From Burkholderiales bacterium (GTDB taxonomy: Bacteria; Pseudomonadota; Gammaproteobacteria; Burkholderiales; Burkholderiaceae_C), in the NCBI GenBank assembly GCA_947464185.1, contig CANHVY010000018.1, positions 3,220 through 67,219 on the forward strand: a stretch of DNA of 64,000 nucleotides. The letters are read 5' to 3'. A model generated the notes under the pieces. The model saw only the letters and a list, made by a program, of their open reading frames with translations, did not search any database and was not told the origin of the DNA. Shown one piece after another: positions 59,295 through 64,000 of the stretch. A program made the position numbers and the translations under genes. Position 1 is the first letter of the stretch; every line of letters starts with the position of its first letter.

Positions 59295-60878
59295 GTGGGC
59301 TACAGAAGCGCAGAGCAGCAGGCTTACGCCCGGCTCATCGAGGGGGCGCTGCGCCCGGGGGCGCCCCTGCTGGCCGGGGCTGCGCCCGGCCTGGGCAAGA
59401 CACATGGCTATTCCCTGCCCCTGGTGGCCTGCGGGCAGCGCGTGGCCGTGGCCATGAGCACCCGGCAGTTGATCGAGCAGTACCTGCAAAGCGACGCCTT
59501 GCGTGAAGCCCTGACGCTCAGGCCGGCCTCGGTGATGGCGCTGCACCCGCGTCGAGACTTTGGGTCCGATGCGGCTTATCGGGAACACCGCGCCGCCGCC
59601 CTGAAGGCGGAAGTTCTGGTGGTGACCCACGCGGCCACGCTGATCGACAGTTGGCACCCGGGCTACGCCGAACTGCGGTCCCGCCAAGTGGTGCTGTTCG
59701 ACGAAGCCGATCTCCTGGCGGACGCGGCCGATCTCAGAAGCACCTTCAGCATCGACGCCGAGGTACTGGAGGCCTGCAAGGCCCTGAACCTGCCCCACCA
59801 GGAAGCCGCCCAGGCGGTCAAGGACAAGGCTGAAGCGCCGGAAGACCGGGCTGCCGCCTCTGCCATCCTCTTCGCCCTGGCGCACCCGGCTTGGTACAAG
59901 GCCGTGGGCCGGGAGGAGGATGGGGCCCTGACCCTGAAGCACCGGATGCCGGGCAGGATGCTCAGGCGCCTGGTGGAGGAGGTGCCCCGGTGCATCTTCA
60001 CCAGCGGCACGCTCCAGGTGGGCGGCAGATTCGACCATTTCGTCAGCGCCATCGGCTTGAAGTCCATCTCCCCTGAAAGCCGGCACATCGACCCTGCCCG
60101 CCACGGTGAACTGGAGGTGGAACTGGCCGCAGCCGAACTGACCGTGTCGCAGATGGCCGCGCGCATTCGGGCGGCGGAGCGTCCCACGCTGGTGCTGACC
60201 ACCAGCCACGCCATGACACAAGCGCTGGGAGAACTTTGCCCAGGCGCCGTCTGGCGGGCGCCCGGTGAGCCCCTGGGCGACGCATTGAGACGCGTGCCCG
60301 ACGGTGGAGTCTTCATCGCCGCGGGTGCATGGTCTGGCGTGGACGATCCTCGACTGCGATGGCGTACCGTGGTGATCCCGAAGACCCCCTACCAGCGGCC
60401 CGCAGTCCTGGACTCCATCCAGGTCACCCGGTACCTGGACGCCAAAGTGGTGGCCCTGAGGCGAACCCACCAGGGGCTGCACCGCGGGCTGCGCACGCCG
60501 GAGGCGAAGTGCAGGTTGCTGCTGCTGGATCCGCGAAGCGGGCGGGTTGAACTGCGAGAGGCGATCCCTGCGCGCTTCCGGGTGGATTGGCAGGGCTTCG
60601 ACGAAGGGTCTCCCACCCTGCGTGCCCATGTGGCCGGCGAGCGCCACCTCACGCTTCGCAACGCGGCGTTGCAAGCCCTGGGGGCGCGTTGCAGTCACCC
60701 GGGCTGCGAGGTCGCGGCCCTGCACCTGCTGGACGTGCATCACCTGAAGCCCGTGGCCGAAGGCCCGCGCCGCACCACCCTGGAGGACGTCACGGTTCTG
60801 TGCAAAAACCACCACGCCGAGGCCCATCACCGGATGCGCCAGGGCGAAATTTCAGCAACGCAGGAGGAAGATTCCTGA
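59295..60878 (+). CDS. dinG: DinG-family SF2 helicase fused to a C-terminal HNH nuclease (CasDinG-HNH)
   Basis: Helicase motifs: I AGAAPGLGKTHGY, II VVLFDEADLL, SAT-like FTSGTL, V AAGAWSGVDDP, IPKTPY, and VI THQGLHRGLRTPEAKCRLLLLDPR. HNH: CSHPGC...DVHHLKPVAEG...VLCKNHHAEAHH (residues ~450-512, nt ~60642-60830). GTG start 6 nt after the cas7 stop. The array begins 27 nt after its stop. Confidence 0.8.
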   Translation: MGYRSAEQQAYARLIEGALRPGAPLLAGAAPGLGKTHGYSLPLVACGQRVAVAMSTRQLIEQYLQSDALREALTLRPASVMALHPRRDFGSDAAYREHRAAALKAEVLVVTHAATLIDSWHPGYAELRSRQVVLFDEADLLADAADLRSTFSIDAEVLEACKALNLPHQEAAQAVKDKAEAPEDRAAASAILFALAHPAWYKAVGREEDGALTLKHRMPGRMLRRLVEEVPRCIFTSGTLQVGGRFDHFVSAIGLKSISPESRHIDPARHGELEVELAAAELTVSQMAARIRAAERPTLVLTTSHAMTQALGELCPGAVWRAPGEPLGDALRRVPDGGVFIAAGAWSGVDDPRLRWRTVVIPKTPYQRPAVLDSIQVTRYLDAKVVALRRTHQGLHRGLRTPEAKCRLLLLDPRSGRVELREAIPARFRVDWQGFDEGSPTLRAHVAGERHLTLRNAALQALGARCSHPGCEVAALHLLDVHHLKPVAEGPRRTTLEDVTVLCKNHHAEAHHRMRQGEISATQEEDS

Positions 60879-60905
60879 AGGGCGACAGGAACTTGCCGGC
60901 ATTGA

Positions 60906-61337
60906 GGTCAAGCCGCCTGTTGAATGGGCGGTTACTGGAACGACCTGTGGACGCGCCACATGGGCCTGCGCGGTCAAGCCGCCTGTTGAATGGGCGGTTA
61001 CTGGAACACCGTCACGCTCACCGCCTTCCGCGCGCCGGGTCAAGCCGCCTGTTGGATGGGCGGTTACTGGAACGATGTGGTGGGCCAGGCGCGGCCGCTG
61101 CTCGGTCAAGCCGCCTGTTGGATGGGCGGTTACTGGAACGTGTAGCCCAGGTTGCCGTACAGCAGGGTCGGTCAAGCCGCCTGTTGGATCGGCGGTTACT
61201 GGAACGGGTTGGTGTCCATCAGGTAGCCAAGCCAGGATCAAGCCGCCTGTTAGATGGGCGGTTACTGGAACATGAAGCAAGTGGTGGGCGAGGCCTGGCG
61301 GGGTCAAGCCGCCCATTGGATGGGCGGTTACTGGAGG
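60906..61337 (+). CRISPR. CRISPR array: 7 repeats (36 nt) and 6 spacers (30 nt), exact 66-nt period
   Basis: Repeats start at 60906, 60972, 61038, 61104, 61170, 61236 and 61302. Consensus GGTCAAGCCGCCTGTTGGATGGGCGGTTACTGGAAC. An internal hairpin (A)GCCGCC-N9-GGCGG(TT) is followed by 8 nt, ACTGGAAC. The last repeat is degenerate at its 3' end (..GGAGG). All six spacers are unique. Confidence 0.92.
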
Positions 61338-61361
61338 AAGTTGTCGCGGGCAGCAGCTGGC

Positions 61362-61428
61362 ATCTGAAATACAGCTACTTGCGATATATCGGTTTTGCAG
61401 ATACACTGAATTTATCTGAAAAACAGAT
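61362..61428 (+). promoter_or_regulatory. Candidate hipBA promoter with two palindromic operator-like sites
   Basis: The most AT-rich stretch I noticed in the window. TTGCGA (61379-84)-N17-TACACT (61402-07) resembles a sigma70 promoter. Inverted repeats ATCTGAAATACAGCT (61362-76) and ATCTGAAAAACAGAT (61414-28) flank or overlap it. Confidence 0.35.
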
Positions 61429-61433
61429 GCCCC

Positions 61434-61754
61434 ATGACCGCCTCAACAACAGTCTTCTCCCCCACTTCTGCCGCCCAGCCCCTGCTGACAGCCACCCAGC
61501 TCGGTCAGCTGCTGCGCGCCGCGCGCAAGCAGCAGGGTCTGACGCAGGCCGAGGTGGGTGCGCGGCTGGGCTTGAGCCAGAACCGGGTCTCGCACCTGGA
61601 GGGCCACGCAGATGAGCTGAGCGTCAAGCAACTGCTGACCTGGTGCGCCGTGGTCGGTCTGGAGCTGAGTCTGGCGCATCGCCTGGCCAAGGCGCCTGAA
61701 GCCGGCGAGGTCCAGGCCCCTGGGTCTGCCGCCGCCACGCCGCCGGAGTGGTGA
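61434..61754 (+). CDS. hipB: XRE-family HTH antitoxin (HipB-like)
   Basis: HTH GLTQAEVGARLGLSQNRVSHLE. 106 aa, ending 1 nt before hipA. Confidence 0.8.
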   Translation: MTASTTVFSPTSAAQPLLTATQLGQLLRAARKQQGLTQAEVGARLGLSQNRVSHLEGHADELSVKQLLTWCAVVGLELSLAHRLAKAPEAGEVQAPGSAAATPPEW

Positions 61755-61755
61755 G

Positions 61756-63099
61756 ATGGCACGCCGCTCCAAAGCCCAGACCTTGGCCTTGTGGGCCAAC
61801 GGCACCTACGTCGGGCGCTGGACCGTCAGCGCCCGCGGCGAGATGGAGCTGCGGTACGACCCCGCATGGCGGGCGTCAGCCGTCGGGCGACCCTTGTCGC
61901 TGTCGATGCCCTTCGGCCTGGGGGACGAGCCGCTCAAGGGGCCCGCAGTCGAGCACTACTTCGACAACCTGCTGCCCGACAGCCCGGCCATCCGCAAGCG
62001 GGTGGCGGAGCGTTTCCGCACCGGGTCGGTCGAGGCCTTCGACCTGCTGGCGGCCATCGGCCGCGACTGCGTGGGTGCGCTGCAATTCCTGCCTGAGGGC
62101 GCGGCGCCCGAGGGGCTTGACCGGGTCGAGGGCGTCGAGGTGGACGAGGTCGCCATCGAGCGGCACCTGCTCGAGGTCGTGACGCCAGACCGGTTCGGCG
62201 CGGCACGTGACCGTGACGACGACTTCAGGATTTCGCTGGCTGGCGCGCAAGAAAAGGACGCCTTCCTGCGCTGGAACGGTCACTGGATGAAGCCGCGCGG
62301 CTCAACGCCCACCACGCACATCTTCAAGCTGCCATTGGGGCTTGTCGGCGGGCGGCAGGCCGACTTCAGCACCTCGGTGGACAACGAGTGGCTGTGCCTG
62401 AAGCTGCTGGCGGCGTACGGCCTGCCGGTGCCCCAGGCGGAGATTGTGTCGTTTGGTCAGCAGCGCGTGCTGGTGGTCGAGCGCTTCGACCGCATGGTGT
62501 CAGCCGATGGCCAGCGGCTGCTGCGGCTGGTGCAGGAGGACTTCTGCCAGGCGACCGGCACGTCGCCGCTGGTGAAGTACGAGGCGGAGGGCGGCCCCGG
62601 GCTGGGCGTGCTGTTCAACCTGCTTCAGCAGTCGGTCGACGCGGAGCGCGACCTGCGCACCCTGATGACCTCGCAGCTGCTGTTCTGGATGCTCCGGGCG
62701 CCGGATGGGCACGCAAAGAACTTCAGCATCCACCTGCTCCCAGGTGGACGCTACCGCATGACGCCGATCTATGACGTCATGTCGGCCTACCCCGTCATGG
62801 GCGATGCGCCCAACCAGTGGTCACCGCGGGCGCTCAAGCTGGCGATGGCCCTTGTGGGGAAGAACCGGCACTACGAGGTAGAACGCATCCAGCGGCGCCA
62901 CTTCAACAGCACCGCCAAGCGCTTCGGCTACGGCGAGACCGCAGAGCCCTTGATTCAGGAGTTCATTGCACGCACGCCGGCCGTCATCGACGAGGTGCAA
63001 AGGGCACTGCCGCCAGGGTTCTCCGACGAGGTGGCCGCCAAGGTGCTGAGCGGGCTGCAGGGCGCAGCGCGCGCCCTCGAGGCCATGTCGCCGGGCTGA
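61756..63099 (+). CDS. hipA: HipA-family serine/threonine kinase toxin
   Basis: HipA N-terminal coupling domain (LWANGTYVGRW), SLAGAQEKDAF, and the catalytic loop DGHAKNFS. 447 aa. Confidence 0.9.
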   Translation: MARRSKAQTLALWANGTYVGRWTVSARGEMELRYDPAWRASAVGRPLSLSMPFGLGDEPLKGPAVEHYFDNLLPDSPAIRKRVAERFRTGSVEAFDLLAAIGRDCVGALQFLPEGAAPEGLDRVEGVEVDEVAIERHLLEVVTPDRFGAARDRDDDFRISLAGAQEKDAFLRWNGHWMKPRGSTPTTHIFKLPLGLVGGRQADFSTSVDNEWLCLKLLAAYGLPVPQAEIVSFGQQRVLVVERFDRMVSADGQRLLRLVQEDFCQATGTSPLVKYEAEGGPGLGVLFNLLQQSVDAERDLRTLMTSQLLFWMLRAPDGHAKNFSIHLLPGGRYRMTPIYDVMSAYPVMGDAPNQWSPRALKLAMALVGKNRHYEVERIQRRHFNSTAKRFGYGETAEPLIQEFIARTPAVIDEVQRALPPGFSDEVAAKVLSGLQGAARALEAMSPG

Positions 63100-63117
63100 A
63101 GCCCCAGAAACGACAAA

Positions 63118-63154
63118 GGGCCAGCTTCTTGCGAAGCTGGCCCTCATCTTTCTT
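63118..63154 (+). terminator. Intrinsic terminator after hipA
   Basis: GGGCCAGCTTC-ttgc-GAAGCTGGCCC (11-bp stem) followed by TCATCTTTCTT. Confidence 0.75.
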
Positions 63155-63229
63155 GGCTCCCCGACCTGGGCTCGAACCAGGGACCTACGGATTAACAGTC
63201 CGGCGCTCTACCGACTGAGCTATCGAGGA
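63154..63229 (-). tRNA. tRNA-Asn (anticodon GTT), CCA encoded
   Basis: The reverse complement reads TCCTCGATAGCTCAGTCGGTAGAGCGCCGGACTGTTAATCCGTAGGTCCCTGGTTCGAGCCCAGGTCGGGGAGCCA. It has a 7-bp acceptor stem, a D-loop AGCTCAGTCGGTAGAGC, an anticodon loop CTGTTAA and a T-loop GGTTCGAGCC. Confidence 0.95.
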
Positions 63230-63323
63230 AACGAGCCCCGGATTATAGACAGGATTTGAGGCTCTCCTGGATGCTGTCGGCCCGCGCTGCCCTGGGCGCA
63301 GCCTGGCACGTCCGGCCGTGCGG

Positions 63324-64000
63324 TCAGGCCTTCTTCAGCCGTTCGTTCTGCGGGAACATCGCGCGCCGGGCCTCGTCGTCCATCTCGGTCTTGAAGCTGT
63401 GGCGCTGGCGCAGGGCCTCCACCCGGGCAGCGGCGGGGCGGGCGTTGATCTCGTCGAGCAGGCGCTTGACGTGGGGGTAGCGCTCGAAAGCCTGCTGATC
63501 ACCCACCACGAAGGGCACCAGGCGCGCCCAGCCCCAGAAGGCCATGTCGACGATGCCGTAGCTGTCGCCCACCAGCCAGGTGCGGGTGGCCAGGCGCTCG
63601 TCCAGGATCTTCCAGTGGCGGTCGGCCTCGAAGTCGTAGCGGTTCAGCGCGTAGTCCTTGGGCTCGGGCGCGGCCACGCGGAAGTGCACCGCCTGCCCGC
63701 TGTAGGGGCCAATGCCGCTGGCGATGAACATCAGCCAGCTCAGGGTCTCGGCACGTTCGGCGCAGGCCAGGTCGGTGGGCACGAAGCGGGCGTGCTTGTC
63801 GGCCAGCCACAGCAGGATGGCGTTGCTGTCGAACATCACCACGCCGTCGTCGACGATGGCAGGCACCTTGGCGTTCGGGTTCACGGCCTTGAACGCGGCG
63901 GTGTGCTGCTCGCCCTTGCGGGTGTCCACCGGGATGGCCTCGTAGGGCAGGCCCAGTTCCTCCAGCAGCAAGGCCACTTTCATGGGGTTGGGGGCGAGGT
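63324..64000 (-). CDS. Glutathione S-transferase family protein (5' end probably runs off the window)
   Basis: GST N-terminal pattern KVALLLEELGLPYE...KGEQHTAAFKAVNPNAKVPAIVD. The reading frame stays open upstream of the ATG at 63983 to the window edge (..PNPMKV..), and GSTs normally begin ~10 aa earlier. Confidence 0.8.
   Translation of the reverse strand, partial: LAPNPMKVALLLEELGLPYEAIPVDTRKGEQHTAAFKAVNPNAKVPAIVDDGVVMFDSNAILLWLADKHARFVPTDLACAERAETLSWLMFIASGIGPYSGQAVHFRVAAPEPKDYALNRYDFEADRHWKILDERLATRTWLVGDSYGIVDMAFWGWARLVPFVVGDQQAFERYPHVKRLLDEINARPAAARVEALRQRHSFKTEMDDEARRAMFPQNERLKKA

Noticed and set aside
61338-61433. The AT-rich stretch after the last repeat as the CRISPR leader (which would imply minus-strand array transcription)
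   Set aside because: The adjacent repeat is the degenerate one, which is normally leader-distal. The repeat hairpin plus 8-nt tail fits + strand processing. The region contains a good + strand promoter and palindromes positioned for hipBA. This was not tested, so it remains an alternative.
60587-61615. 342-aa (+) ORF and the 184-aa (-) ORF at 60852-61406, with repeated peptide blocks (SSRLLNGRLLE / VPVTAHPTGGLT)
   Set aside because: The periodic peptide repeats are just translations of the 66-nt-period CRISPR repeats. They are not coding sequences.

Overview
High-GC (roughly two-thirds G+C) chromosomal segment whose gene content looks like a betaproteobacterium of the Burkholderiales/Comamonadaceae type. 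That assignment is an inference from the Bug/TctC binding protein, a lipoyl-domain LpdA, phaC-phaB and sulfite reductase next to DUF934. About 56 kb is ordinary housekeeping DNA. It carries degP-like, thrH, purL, map, glnD, selU, phaCB, pgeF, maiA, a HiPIP, the aceE-aceF-lpdA pyruvate dehydrogenase cluster, a PAS kinase/FixJ-type regulator pair, folD, prlC, rmuC, phasin, cysI-DUF934-cobA, fdxA and an FNR. It also carries a TPP riboswitch in front of an SSS-family transporter, thiD, thiOSGE, and an acetoacetyl-CoA synthetase read in frame into a photolyase-like module. The accessory part lies between an EEP-family gene and a tRNA-Asn(GTT) gene (about 56.5-63.2 kb). It holds a compact CRISPR-Cas operon with no adaptation genes: a Cas5/Csf3-like RAMP, a small unknown ORF, a short Cas6e-like protein, a Cas7/Csf2-like protein with a charged helical insertion, and a DinG-family helicase with a C-terminal HNH nuclease. 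A 7-repeat CRISPR array (36-nt repeats, 30-nt spacers) starts 27 nt downstream, and a hipBA toxin-antitoxin pair follows. I read this as a type IV-like system whose effector helicase has gained an HNH nuclease, and it is the main finding. All protein family calls come from motif recognition by eye; no database search was run. Many long ORFs in the supplied track are antisense or shadow ORFs typical of high-GC DNA and were rejected.
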